DNA from: Camelus dromedarius | Taxonomy: Eukaryota | Assembly: GCF_036321535.1 (NCBI RefSeq) | Contig: NC_087436.1 | Span: 103,294,001 to 103,358,000, forward strand | DNA: 64,000 bases | Reading direction: 5' to 3' | Part shown: in pieces, positions 52,546-64,000 of the stretch | Layout of the letters: every line of letters begins with the position of its first letter | How positions within the stretch are numbered: the stretch's first letter is position 1 | Translations under genes and position numbers: made by a program | The notes under the pieces: generated by a model | The model's database searches: none | Told to the model about the DNA's origin: nothing | Seen by the model: the letters and a program-made list of their open reading frames with translations, nothing else

Positions 52546-53459
52546 ATCCAAAAATGCTTCTTCTCCAGTCATTTCCATCTCAGTAAGAGGTACAAGAGCC
52601 TACTGAGTTAGTCAAGTAAAACACCTAGAAAAATCCTGGATTTCATCTTTTCCTTATCTCATTTCAAATATATCAGGAAAAAAAAAAAAACCTAAGGACA
52701 TAAAACCCAAATGTTACCCATCTTCATTTCTGAAACCCTAATCTAAGCCATATCATAAGTCACTGCAACTTATTCTTATGGTTCTCCCTGTTATAGTACA
52801 ATGGTTAAGCGCAGATTCAAATTTAATCAGTAATTCACATACTTTTTGTATTTGACATAGTAAAAACCAGAAAATATAGAGTTACTAAAAATCTGAAAAC
52901 ATCTTTTACAGGTAAATTCAAAGAAATTTTTGTTGTAAAGTTTATTTCATTATTTGGAAAAGTACTTAATCATTTACCTTTGTTAATCACTTTGAGTAAA
53001 TACCGAAGTATAAGGCGGTATTATTCCCAGACTCATGGTGTTTACAAGTTAACTGAAAGGATATACACTTTAAGTTAAATTTTAAAAAAGTAACTACAAG
53101 CAATAACCAAACAAGAGCAAGTGAATGTAGAGAAGTAAAAAACAAAATTAGTAAAGTTGAGAAGCTATATAAGTACTTAGAGCTGAAAGTACAACTTGGA
53201 ATGGAATGAAGAGGCTGTTGGGTCAAATACTAGTACTAAATACTCAAAATGGGTTCTGGTAGAGGTGTCACTGTTTTTTATTTATTTTCTAATCATAAGA
53301 ACCCCAATATAATGCTTAAGTAACAACTATACTATATATATGTGTACATATATATATACACACACACATATATATACCATACATATATATACACATATAA
53401 CTTAAAATAAGAACTTTGAACTCCATAGGTAAAAAAACAATTAATAAGGACAAAATTCA

Positions 53460-53700
53460 CAATAGTTATAACGTAGAAGTTACTAAATGCTTACTATATG
53501 CTAGGCAACATGCTAAGTGTTTTGCTTTATTACTTTGCTTTGGGGTAGGAACTATTATTATGCCATTTTTACAGGTGAGTAAAGTAAAATTCAGAAGAGG
53601 TTAGCAACTCCCTAAAGCACATCAGACACGAGATGGAGTCAGGACCCGAAACCAGGCAGCCCTGCCCCTGGGCCCACCCTCATACCCACAACACTGTGAA
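53460..53700 (-). mobile_element. MIR
   Basis: gcttactatatgctaggcaacatgctaagtg...gtaggaactattattatgccatttttacaggtgag...cagaagaggttagcaact...ggacccgaaaccaggcag. Confidence 0.75.
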
Positions 53701-54271
53701 ATGCTTGCTTTTCAAGAGCCTAAGCACAGATATATTACAGAAAACTGAAAATGACATGCAAAAAAGTTCCAAGTCAACTCTAGTGTGGCTTTAGGCAATG
53801 TTCCTAACCTGTGTTCCCTTGAGATTTTCATTAGCATTCTGGGCAGAAAGTTCTTGTCATCAAACACATTTGTAAGATAGTCTATCATTTCCCCCTCCTG
53901 GGTGCTCATATTGCATATTTCAAGTTTTGAAGAGTTCTTTTTAAAAAGTATTAAGTAAGTAAAAGTGATTACATTCCTCAAGCAATTCAATTTCTAATCA
54001 GATTTTTCCTTTAAATTGTGGCTCCAAAGCTAGAAACAGGCTGAAAGAATAAGAATGGCATTCCAAAATAAATCAGTGGAGTAGAAATCATAATACACTT
54101 TTAGATAATTATATCAATAATAAAATAATAATAACAATAAAATAAAATACAGTGGTTATTTACATCTGGTAAGCTCTGAAGGCATTATGTGCTCCAAGGC
54201 CTTGCTTCTCAGTGTGTGCCTGGACAAGCTGCAGCACACTGAGAAGCCAATTAAAAATCATAGGCTTCTCA

Positions 54272-54974
54272 GTGCAGCCATAATGGAAAATAGTATAGAG
54301 CTCCTCAAAAACCTAAAATTAGACTTAACATATGATCCAGCAATCTCACTTCTGGCATATATCTGGAAGGAACTCTAATTCAAAAAGCTACATGTACCCC
54401 AATTTTCATGGCAGCACTATATACAATAGCCAAGACATGGAAGCAACCTAAATTTCCATCAACAGATGATGGGATAAAGTTGTGGTATATTTATACCATG
54501 GATTACTACTCAGCCATAAAAAAGAATAAAATAATGCCATTTGCAGCAAAATGGATGGACCTACAGATCGTCATTCTAAGTGAAGTAAGCCAGAAAGAGA
54601 AAGAAAAATATCATATGATATCACTTACATGTAGAATCTTAAAAAAAAGAAAAAAAGAGGGCACTAATGAACTCATCTACAAAACAGAAACAGACTTACA
54701 GACATACTAAACAATCTTATGGTTACTGGGGGAAAGGGGATGGGAAGGAATAAACTTGGGAGTTTGAGATTTGCAAATGTTAGCCACTATATATAAAAAT
54801 AGATTTTAAAAAAAGTTTCTTCTGTATAGCACAAGGAACTGTATTTAATACTTTGTAATAACCTTTAATGAAAAAGAATATGAAAATGAATATATATGTA
54901 TATACATGACTGGGACATTGTGCTGTACACCAGAAACTGACACATTATAACTGACTGTACTTCAATTAAAAAAG
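54272..54974 (+). mobile_element. Young 5'-truncated L1 inserted in a MER5-like MITE (54200-54260 and 54975-55080)
   Basis: ORF 54408-54710 is the ORF2 C-terminus ([14 protein letters not shown]...MDYYSAIKKNKIMPFAAKWMDL). TSD aaaatca 54254-54260 / 54975-54981 at a TT/AAAA endonuclease site. Confidence 0.92.
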
Positions 54975-55399
54975 AAAATCAGGACCATCAGGCTTCATCC
55001 CTGATGGAAAGAATTTGAATCTACTGTTTAACATGATGCCCAGGTGATTTGTGTTCTCATTCTTATTTTGAAAGCACTGACTGAAGTAGTTCTTTCTTAG
55101 GCTTGAAATGAATGGAATGATCTGGAGAATATGAAAATGTGTGTTTCTGGGTTCTGCCTTCAGAGGATTTGAATTATGTCTAGGCAGGATAAAGATGTTA
55201 CCACTATCAACTAAGTGATTCTAAAGTAGTTGTTAACCAAGGTACCCTCGGACAGTGCACCAGGTTTAAGGCCTCATTCATTTTGGGTGTGTGAAGGGAG
55301 AGAGACAGGTTCAGATGTACTGAATTCTTAGGCATTCAAGTTACTTTGATGCCATCATCACTGGAAAGAAGGAGCTTCTCAGTTTCATTATCCCAAATT

Positions 55400-56200
55400 G
55401 CCCGTGAGTTCTTTTATCTGCTCTCTTGGTTTTAATGACTATCTGTATGCAATGACTCCCAAATCTCTGCTTAGATGATTCCTCTAGCTTCAGGTCGCTA
55501 CATCTAAACACCTGTGAAACAATTCTCATTAGTGGATTATAGGCCCCACCAGCTCATTTTCCTCACTGTACTTCCTGTCTGTTTTGAAGGCACTACTCTC
55601 AAAATCCAAGTATGAAACTGGGAGTTATCACAGAACTTTCCCTCCAAGGCTGCACACCCATCCCAACACAGGCACCCACTTCTGCTGATCTGACTTTCTA
55701 TTTCGCAAATTCATTTCCTTCTTTCCATTTCTACGCTCATTGCTTTAGCTTAGACCCCAATCATTTCTCCACTTGATAACTTCAAAATCCTTCTAATTCA
55801 TCCCCCTAATTCTAATCTCATCATCTTTGAATTCATCCTCTCTAAAATAGCAAGAGAACAATAAATATTCAAATTCAACTGTCCCTTTTTTTCACATAAA
55901 ATTCCTTTGAGCTTATCACTGTCCTTGAGCTAAACCCAAATCTTCCAAAGAGGGCACACCCAGCTTCATAAGCCAGCACTAACAGTCCATTTCACCCCTC
56001 AACCCTTCCCATTTTATCAACATTAGCACTAAGCATCTTCTGGTTTTTGTGCACATGAGGTTATTTGTCTTTTAGTCAGTGCCTCTGCCCTCACACACTT
56101 TTCAAAATTTAAAACTCCACTTTTACACATTTGCCTATTTGTGTGGTTTTTTTTAAGAGTGAAATTTGAAGATTAACTCCTTCACAAATCTTCTCTGACT
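55400..56200 (-). mobile_element. L2 remnant
   Basis: atgactcccaaatct...aaactgggagttatc...ttccatttctacgctcattgctttagcttagacccc...cagtgcctctgccc. Confidence 0.6.
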
Positions 56201-56298
56201 TGGTTTTGAAACCCTGACCTTTGAACTTTCAACCCAAAATTATTGAAAGAGCCAAAGAGTCACAATAGCAACTGCATCCAGGTTTTACCGCCATCATT

Positions 56299-57093
56299 CA
56301 AAATTCCACAAACATTAAATGCTGGAGAGGATGTAGAGAAAAAGGAACCCTCCTACACTGGTGGTGGGAATGTAAACTGGTACAGCCACTACGGAGGACA
56401 GTATAGAGGTTCCTTAAAGAACTAAAAATAGACTTCCCATATGATCCAGAAATCCCACTCCTGGACATATTTCTGGAAAAAAATACAATTCAAAAAGACA
56501 CATGCACCCCAATGTTCACAGCAGCACTATTTACAATAGTCAAGACATGGAAACAACCTAAACATCCATCGACAGATGACTGGATAAAGAAGATGTGGTA
56601 TATATGGAATACTACTCAGCCATTAAAAAGACTAAAATAATGCCACTTGCAGCAACATTCATGGACCTGGAGATGATCATTCTAAGTGAAGTAAGCCAGG
56701 AAGAGAAAAAAAAATACCATATGATATCACTTATATATGGAATCTAAATAAGACACAAATGAACATATTTACAAAATAGAAACAGGCTCACAGACATAGA
56801 AAGCAAACTTATGGTTACCAGAGGGGAAAGAGGAAGGGAAGGGATAAATTGTGAGTTTGAGATTTTCAGATACTAACTACTATGTATAAAATAGGTAAAC
56901 AATAAATTTATACTGAATAGCACAGAAAACTATATTCAATACCTGGTAGTAACCTATAATAAAAAAGAATATGAAAATGAATATACATATGTACATGTAT
57001 GACAAACATTACGCTGTACACCAGAAATGGACACAACGTTGTAAACTGACAATACTTCAATAAAAAAGAATGCAAGTAAAAATAAATAAATAA
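56299..57093 (+). mobile_element. Young 5'-truncated L1 (ORF2 end, 3'UTR, A tail)
   Basis: aaatgctggagaggatgtagagaaaaaggaaccctcctacactg...cttcaataaaaaa...(aaat)n; closely similar to the copies at 30767 and 54272. Confidence 0.93.
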
Positions 57094-57647
57094 AGCAGCC
57101 TCCACCCTCCCAAAAACACGCTTTCATTTTCAACCAGGTTTTCCAATAGTTCTGTTTCATATTCTTTTTTTTTTTAAATAAAATCAAGACATTGCCAATG
57201 TTTGATTATAACAAAATATATCAATGATTTTATCCATGTTGTTCAGGAAATGCAGTAGATTTTTTTTAATATTTAAGTAAACAAAAGTACATTCATTAGT
57301 ATGCTAGCATAATGTCAAATATTAAACAAGGATTGTTAATACGGATTTTATTATATCGCTATCCTTCTGTCACTTTAATGACTCATTATACAAAAAGAAA
57401 AGTCACTAATTATTTGTTTATCATGTTAGGATAATTTTGAGGTGACAGCTTTCATTTTGTTCTGGAAATTTTTTTTACACTGGAAAACTTTTTAAACTTT
57501 CATTGTATATGAAAGTAAATTATCATTAAATTATTTCTGTTTTCTTTTCTGCAACATAATATTAGAAGACACAGCTAAAAGGAGAAAATTTAGCTATTTG
57601 CGTGTATATCATTCATGACTTCCTACTGCAACTACAGACCACATGTG

Positions 57648-57770
57648 CATGAGTCAAGGTCCTCCAGAGAAACAGAAGCCATGGATAGAATCTAAGGATG
57701 TATACACAGAGATGTATGTAAAGTACTGGCTCACATAATTATGAAGCCTAAGAAGTCACTTGTCTACTAC
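57648..57770 (-). mobile_element. MLT2-like LTR end fragment
   Basis: tgagtcaaggtcctccagagaaacagaagcca...tggctcacataattatgaagcctaagaagtc. Confidence 0.6.
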
Positions 57771-57998
57771 TTTTGGAATTGCTGACTTTAAAAATGTTCA
57801 TCTAAAATCACCTGTTTCATTATACTAATATGTTTTTAGGAGATAGATTTACTTATATTATCATCCCAATGGTAATTAATAGGTTGATGAAATACAAAAG
57901 AAAACTTTGAGCCAGACTAGAAATATGTGTGTTAGTGTTTTTGTATGTGAACGTTTTGTTAGACAGGTTTCTATCTAAGAATCAGAAAAGTAACTACT

Positions 57999-58135
57999 GG
58001 TGGGAGGGTACAGCTCAGTAGTAGAGCACATGCTTAGCATGTCTGAGGTCCTGGGTTCAATTCCCAGTACAGACATCAAAAAATAAATAAACCTAATAAC
58101 CTTCCCCTCCCCCTACCAAAAAAAAAAAAAAAAAC
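57999..58135 (+). mobile_element. Vic-1-like tRNA-Ala-derived SINE
   Basis: gggagggtacagctcagtagtagagcacatgcttagcatgtctgaggtcctgggttcaattcccagtac plus a pure A17 tail. 14-bp TSD cagaaaagtaacta at 57983-57996 and 58136-58149. Confidence 0.93.
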
Positions 58136-59059
58136 CAGAAAAGTAACTATCAGGCAATTTATAGTAATGGTACAGCATTTTTGTTAGATCACAATGCTGA
58201 TGAGTCTTAGTCCTGACAGAGCAAACACCCGATGGAGAGAGAGAAAAAAAAAAAGACTTCAGTCTAGTACTTAATTTCTTATTTACCTCTTTGCTTAAGC
58301 TGTCTACAGGATAGAGTCTCATATATGTCCCACTGCCACAGAGACCTATTCTGCTGTATGATTGGTCACATGGACATATTTATAATGGACAATGTACAGA
58401 GGATTTAAGAGTGATGGCCTAGAAACTAAAATTTCTTACTAGTAACTGATAGAGAAAAATGAAATCCAGAAATTGATATACTGCCTCTTTAATAATGAAA
58501 ATGATTCTGGACACTGGGCTTCAAATGAAACTAAAAATATGGACCTCATTTACTACAAATAATGTTCCGTTTAACCATACATTATGGTTTTTGCCTGTAT
58601 TGAAAATATTTAAAATTCAACTTATGGTTGCTTAAACCTATTACTCCAATTTTCATGAAAGCTTTGTTGATTTTTCCAAAGAGTTCACTATTGATTTACA
58701 TGTAAGACAGCTATAGGAAAAAAGAAAAAGGAAATGTATGATGTTTTTATTCATTTTAGTAAGATGGCTATCATCTTGTGGTAACATATCAAAAATTGTA
58801 TTCATATATGCCACTTACCTTGTATGACTTCGAAGATCTTTGTTAATATCTCTGTGAGTTAGGAAAAGGCAAGGATTATTATCCCTATTTTACAGATAAG
58901 AAAAGAAAGACAGAAGTCCTAATAATCGTCTAAACGTTCTAAAGCTTCGCATTCTAGATGAAAACCCAAGTCTCTTCCCTGAAAGATCTCTCTACAGCAC
59001 ACCGAAGTCATGACTCAGGTATACAAATATATATGTTAATGTGACCTTACAATTCTCTA

Positions 59060-59420
59060 CTCTGCACCGTGGACTTCCATGGAAACATCAAGTAACCAAA
59101 GCTTGGCCAATAACGTGCTTTTGCCCAAAACCCTGAACTGTGAGGGAGCGAGACAAAGACAAACGAAGACTTCTGAGTTTGTTCAGTGTGTCAGCATCTG
59201 CAGGAGCCAGGAGGACCACTGCTGGAGGCACCCTGAGCAGACTGCTCCTGCAGATGACGTGGTCCACACTTGCTGTGCCCAGCTTAGAGCCTGAGCATTT
59301 TCTGAGCCTTTCTCTCCAACTTCCAGTAATTTTATGAGCTCAATATAAAAAGTCTAGTAAATTCGGTATCAGCTCAAGTTAAGAGGGATTGATTTCTGAA
59401 TTAGATTACAAGATCCCAAC
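59060..59420 (+). mobile_element. Ancient ERVL-type LTR (LTR33/LTR41-like)
   Basis: ccctgaactgtgag...ttctctccaacttccagtaattttatgagctcaatat...agtaaattc...gctcaagttaa...gatttctg. Confidence 0.5.
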
Positions 59421-59859
59421 TAGTGCACCAGGAGAGCACAACTGACCACTTCAGCAGATGTAAGAAAAGCGCACTGATGTATGAGGTATTTGGAATTTCT
59501 ACTTAGTATCCGTGTAAAATCTTGCCAACGAATACACATTCCTTCAGCATCTGTTCTACCGTAAAAATGAAAGCACTTGGCTAATGATTCTAAAGTACTT
59601 CCCGTATACAACATTCCATAATTTTATGATTTCTTTTGATTTGAAGATAGACAGCCAAAGACAGCATGGATTAGAGGAAGCAGAAATAGATCAAGTGTTA
59701 TAAACAATGTAACCTAACTCACAAGTCAGCTCAGTCTCTTATCAGATTAAGGTGCTTTCCATCTACTCAATCTGTCAATTAAAGAGAAGAATAAACTCTC
59801 CCTTGAGAGATATCATAAATGTAGAGGCTAGGTGTTTTTTTTAATACACCACGTTAGTC

Positions 59860-61790
59860 AAATAAAATCTGTCATTCACATCACCCAGAGAAGAATGAAA
59901 AATTTAAAACAAGCCAAGCTGCAAGTGACCCAGGTATTGGGTTTAGAAAACACAGTTCTTTAAAAAAAAAAAAAAGTAATAAATATGAACAAGAGAATAA
60001 ATGACAAGACAGAAGTCCAACTAACTGTAATCTTTCTTTAAAAGGAAAATACAAGTATGTAATTGAAAATAATTCAATAGGTAGGGTTAGCTGCGGATTT
60101 AACACAGTGGAAGAAAACATTAATAAGCTAGCAAATAGGTCAGCAGAAAATAAGCAGGATAAGGGCTGGAGCGGGAAGGAGGTGGAAAATGTAACAAACA
60201 TTTGGGACAAAGGAAAAAGGCCTAAACCACATTTAAGTTGAGTCCCAGGAAGGAATGTTGAGATTGAGTAGGAAAGAAGTAATAGATGAAAATTTCCCAA
60301 AAGTCATAAACTAAGGATTCAAGAAGTACAGCAAACCACAAAAAGGTTTGTTTTGGGGTTTTTTTTTGTTTTGTTGTGTTGCAAAATTGCTGACAATCCA
60401 TGACTAAGTTAAACACACACGCACCCCCCCCACACACACACAGAAACAAACTTCGTTAAGAAGAGACTTTTGCTACGTTATTTACCTAAATTATCTGAAA
60501 ACTTATGTCCATGCAAAAACCAACACACAGATGTTTACAGAAAGATTTACTCATAAGTGCCAACACTTGGAAGCAACCAGGCTATCCTTCAGTGAGTGAA
60601 TGAATAAATGAATTGTGGTACATCCCGACAACAGAATATTACTCAGCACTGAAAATAAGTGAGCTATCAAGCCATAAAAAGACACGGAGGAAATTCAAAT
60701 ACCTATTTCTAAGTGAAAGAAGCCAGTTTGAAAAGGCTACACACTATATGATCCTCACAAAAGGATCCTCACAAAAGGTAAAACTATGGAGATAGTGAAA
60801 ACATCAGTGGTTACCAGAAGCTAGGGCAGAGGGAGGGCTGACCAGGTACAGCACAAAGGATGTGTAGGGCAGTGAAACTATTCCACCATTACTATAATAG
60901 TGGATACATGTCCTTGTATATTTTTAAAAAACAAGGATCTGATTTCTCAACAGAAGCAATGAAATCCAGAAAACAACTGCATGATATTTTTAAAGTACTG
61001 GGGAAAAAAATTGCCAAGTTAGAACCCTTTCTAGGGAAAACAAACTGTATATAAAAATGATGACAAAATAAAGGTGATTCTAGATGAATAAAAATTTTAT
61101 ATAATTTGTCACCATCACACCTACCCAAACAGAATGACTTAAAGATCTCTTCAGGCAGAAGGAAAATGATTCTAGGTAGAAACATGAAAATGTAGGAAAA
61201 AAAAAGAAAGAAAAAAAAGTTTAATATGTGAATAAATTTAAATGAACATTGACTATAAAAATGATAATACTGTCTCTAAAAAGGAAATAAAATATGTATG
61301 AGATTAAAATCATGACTACAGTAAATAAAAGGCAGGAGAGGTGCAAATAGAGATAAATATTAAAAGTTCCTACAATTTTCTACAAAGTGGTAAATGTACT
61401 ATTTTATATTAGAACAACATATGCCAAGGATACATGTTGCAATCTTTAAGCTAACCCCTAAAAACAACAGTTAAATAATGTATGACTAACAAGCTGACTA
61501 AGATGAATAATCAAATAACAACAACAAAGAAAATCTCCATTACTTAATCCAAAACAAGATGAGGCAAAGATGAGAAGAAGGGACATAATACTCTGGAGAC
61601 AAATCAAATCAAAAAGGAAGATGGTAGATCAAAACCCAATGTATCAGTGATTATGTTGAAAGTAAATGGACTATTATCATTAAGTGAAAAGAGTGTCAGA
61701 CATGATTTTTAAAAAATGTTCCTTACAAGAGTCATGCTTGACAGGTAACAGAAAGGTTAAAGTAAATGACTGGGGAGAAAAAAAGGAAAT
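59860..61790 (+). mobile_element. Old L1M ORF1/inter-ORF/EN-region remnant interrupted by an L1MB/MD 3' end (~60480-60925)
   Basis: A-rich ORF1-like sequence (gaaaatttcccaaaa...gattcaagaag; atgatatttttaaagtactg). The insert has aaaacttatgtcca..aaaaac...aagtgaaagaagccagtttgaaaaggctac. Confidence 0.7.
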
Positions 61791-62033
61791 AAGAATGTCA
61801 AAGAAGTGGAGTCAGAGCCACTCAAATCATGTCATTACTATGTTGTCTTGGGTCCTGAGATGGGCTACTCCTAAATTTGGGGGAGTAGGGGTGGGAAGTT
61901 ACGTCGTGCTCCTCACAGATGGGAAGAAACTCCTATTCTATTGCCAGCAGAGTGGACTGGGAAGAACTGGTCCAGCCTCTTATAACCCACAACTCTTCTT
62001 CGTTTGTCAGGTTGGGCAAAGGGAAGAACTCAC

Positions 62034-62140
62034 GTGGCTCAGGCTCTCTGACTTTCCCAGTGACTTTGCAGGATGCAGTTCTGTCGAAGATAGTCAGAGA
62101 GAAGAGGGGGCGGGGAGCGGTGATTAGGAAGCGCATTTGC
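62034..62140 (-). promoter_or_regulatory. Candidate GC-box promoter/enhancer with possible short alternative first exon
   Basis: GGGGGCGGGG at 62106-62115, GGAAG at ~62127, kB-like GACTTTCCC at 62051-62059, E-box CACGTG at 62031-62036 overlapping the minus-strand donor CAC|GTGAGT. Local CpGs are retained. Confidence 0.35.
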
Positions 62141-63409
62141 CCACTGATCCAAGTCTCAGTCTGTAATTAGTTTTATCCTTAATGAAATCCATACATTGAT
62201 CTCTCTCTACCCACTCCTCATGACTAATTTGTCCCCTGGTTCAAAATTCTGGAGTGATTTAAGAAGGAGACAATCCCCAGCTTCCATGTAATAAGAAGGT
62301 ATGAATGTTCTCAGGGAAAATACACCTACTTTTAATTTTTATTTCAGTTCCCCAAACATACACATATGTACACAGTAAAACACACATGCTTATTTATAAG
62401 ATTAAATTACTATCAAGAGCAATATTAATAGGAAAGAGAATAAATTGTAGGGCAGCTTGAGCAAGTGGGTATCAACTGTGGTAGGATCTCTTCCCCGCAC
62501 TCTCTTGACATTCTTTAGAGAATTCTCCTAGGGAGGATCTGGGGTGCCAGATGGCACGAGCGAAGGTTGACCTGATCAAGGCATAGCCTCCAAATGATTA
62601 ACTGCCAGCAATCAATCTCTGATAATCCACACTAGTGAAAGATCAATAAATATATGAATCTAGCTTCAGAACAGAGGAGGGACAGGGCTATCTTGCTATA
62701 GTCACCTTCTCAGGTGGTCTGAGATTAAATAAGAACATGGACAATACTTTTCAGAAAGGTTCATAAATGTTGGCAAATAGACAGTTTTCTTCTACTTCTT
62801 AAAAATAATTTCTAATAAAAATCATTTCTGGTTTAATTAGTAGTAGCACCCCTGATGTTCTTTCTCCTAGTTTCTTCGTATTTTTTCCTATTGTTGAGAT
62901 TATCAATGTTAAACTAATCTTTAGACTCTGTCTGCCCTTCTTAATTATAGTTGCTCTTTCTTTTTAATATTCGGCTTTTTAAAAATCATATTACTTATTA
63001 TGAATCACTCACATTTAATAATGTACACAAAATTACCTTTATACTTTTACTTTTTGATATCTTAGACTTAATGATGTGCAATTATTTGATATTCCTTTTT
63101 GCAGAGATGTGTCACTGTTCTGATTTAGAGCTATTTTGAACTAGCTTTCATCTTTTAGCACTTAAATGATCTAAGTCCTCGTGTAGCTTGCTGTATTTTT
63201 CTTTATTATTTACTCTTCCTCCCATGTTAATGTCATCTGTTGAAATTTCTGCTGCTTTTTTTAAACTGCTTTTTTTTTAAATTTTCAAGCCAACCTTAGA
63301 CTCCATCACTCCTACACCCTAAGAATTATTTTACATCTTACCTGAAAAAAACTTTACTACTACTTTTACACCTTGCTTTGAAACTCTTAAAATTATTGAA
63401 GCACATTTT

Positions 63410-63620
63410 AGACAATGTAAGTTGAAAAGGACCTGAAGAAAAAAATCTCTTTTGAATCATGCATTTCCAAGATCCTTAATTTATGAATAAGAAAACTGAG
63501 ACACAGAGAAGTGAAGCTATTTGCCTGACTCTGGTCACACAGACTTTAGTTTCCAAGGTCGTGATCAGAATTTGGTTCATCTACATACCAGGCTGGTACT
63601 ATTTTCAATATAACATGTTA
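63410..63620. mobile_element. MIR remnant
   Basis: atgaataagaaaactgagacacagagaagtgaagctatttgcctga..ggtcacacagactttag. Confidence 0.65.
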
Positions 63621-63774
63621 TTGCTTGTACCAGCCCATTGGTTGAACCCTTGTAAGATTATCCACAGTTTCTAACCGACTGACTGTAATCAAGATAAAAT
63701 TCATAGCTCCATTAACCAGAATACTCTAGAATGCAGCATTACGGCATTATGTGTGAATGTGAGTGAGTGTTTAC

Positions 63775-63882
63775 ACAAACATATGTACAGTATGTGTATA
63801 TATATTATACATATATATGTAGTATATGCACATAGTATATATATATGGTGTATATATAAATACACACTATACAGTATATAGT
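63775..63882. repeat. Degenerate (TA)/(TATG) low-complexity tract
   Basis: Visible directly in the sequence. Confidence 0.8.
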
Positions 63883-64000
63883 ATTTACTAAGAATTGACC
63901 AAAATGCCTTATTTTTGCCATCACTATCTATTCCCTTCCTCATCAAACATAACTACACAAAAACAATCCAAGCTTGTTGTTTTTTTATTAATAAGGATCT

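Noticed and set aside
61684..62127. Longest ORF in the window (147 aa)
   Set aside because: It starts at GTG within L1 debris, has no recognisable domain, and its length is compatible with chance.
1..64000. CRISPR arrays, operons or prokaryotic defence-type systems
   Set aside because: The sequence is mammalian, and I saw no regularly spaced repeat-spacer array or gene-dense organisation.

Overview
This is AT-rich mammalian genomic DNA, very probably camelid (alpaca/llama/camel). Five copies of a tRNA-Ala(AGC)-headed SINE match the camelid Vic-1 family, alongside young cetartiodactyl-type L1 3' ends. Much of the window is interspersed repeat: L1 of several ages, L2, MIR, MaLR (MLT1/MLT2), ERV1 and ERVL LTRs, and Tigger2-, MER5- and MER53-type MITEs, often nested with readable target-site duplications (TSDs). 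I recognise no protein-coding exon; the ORF track is explained by L1 ORF2 fragments and chance ORFs. The best non-repeat signal is a candidate minus-strand transcription unit. It has a TATA/Inr promoter and non-coding first exon (~48006-47816), a possible GC-box alternative first exon near 62.1 kb, and a 106-bp internal 5'UTR-type exon (1359-1254) about 46.5 kb downstream. The gene is unidentified and its CDS would lie left of the window. I found no convincing novel biological system. The findings are gene-structure hypotheses and retrotransposition or template-switch footprints. Repeat subfamily names come from recalled consensus similarity and need RepeatMasker/Dfam confirmation.
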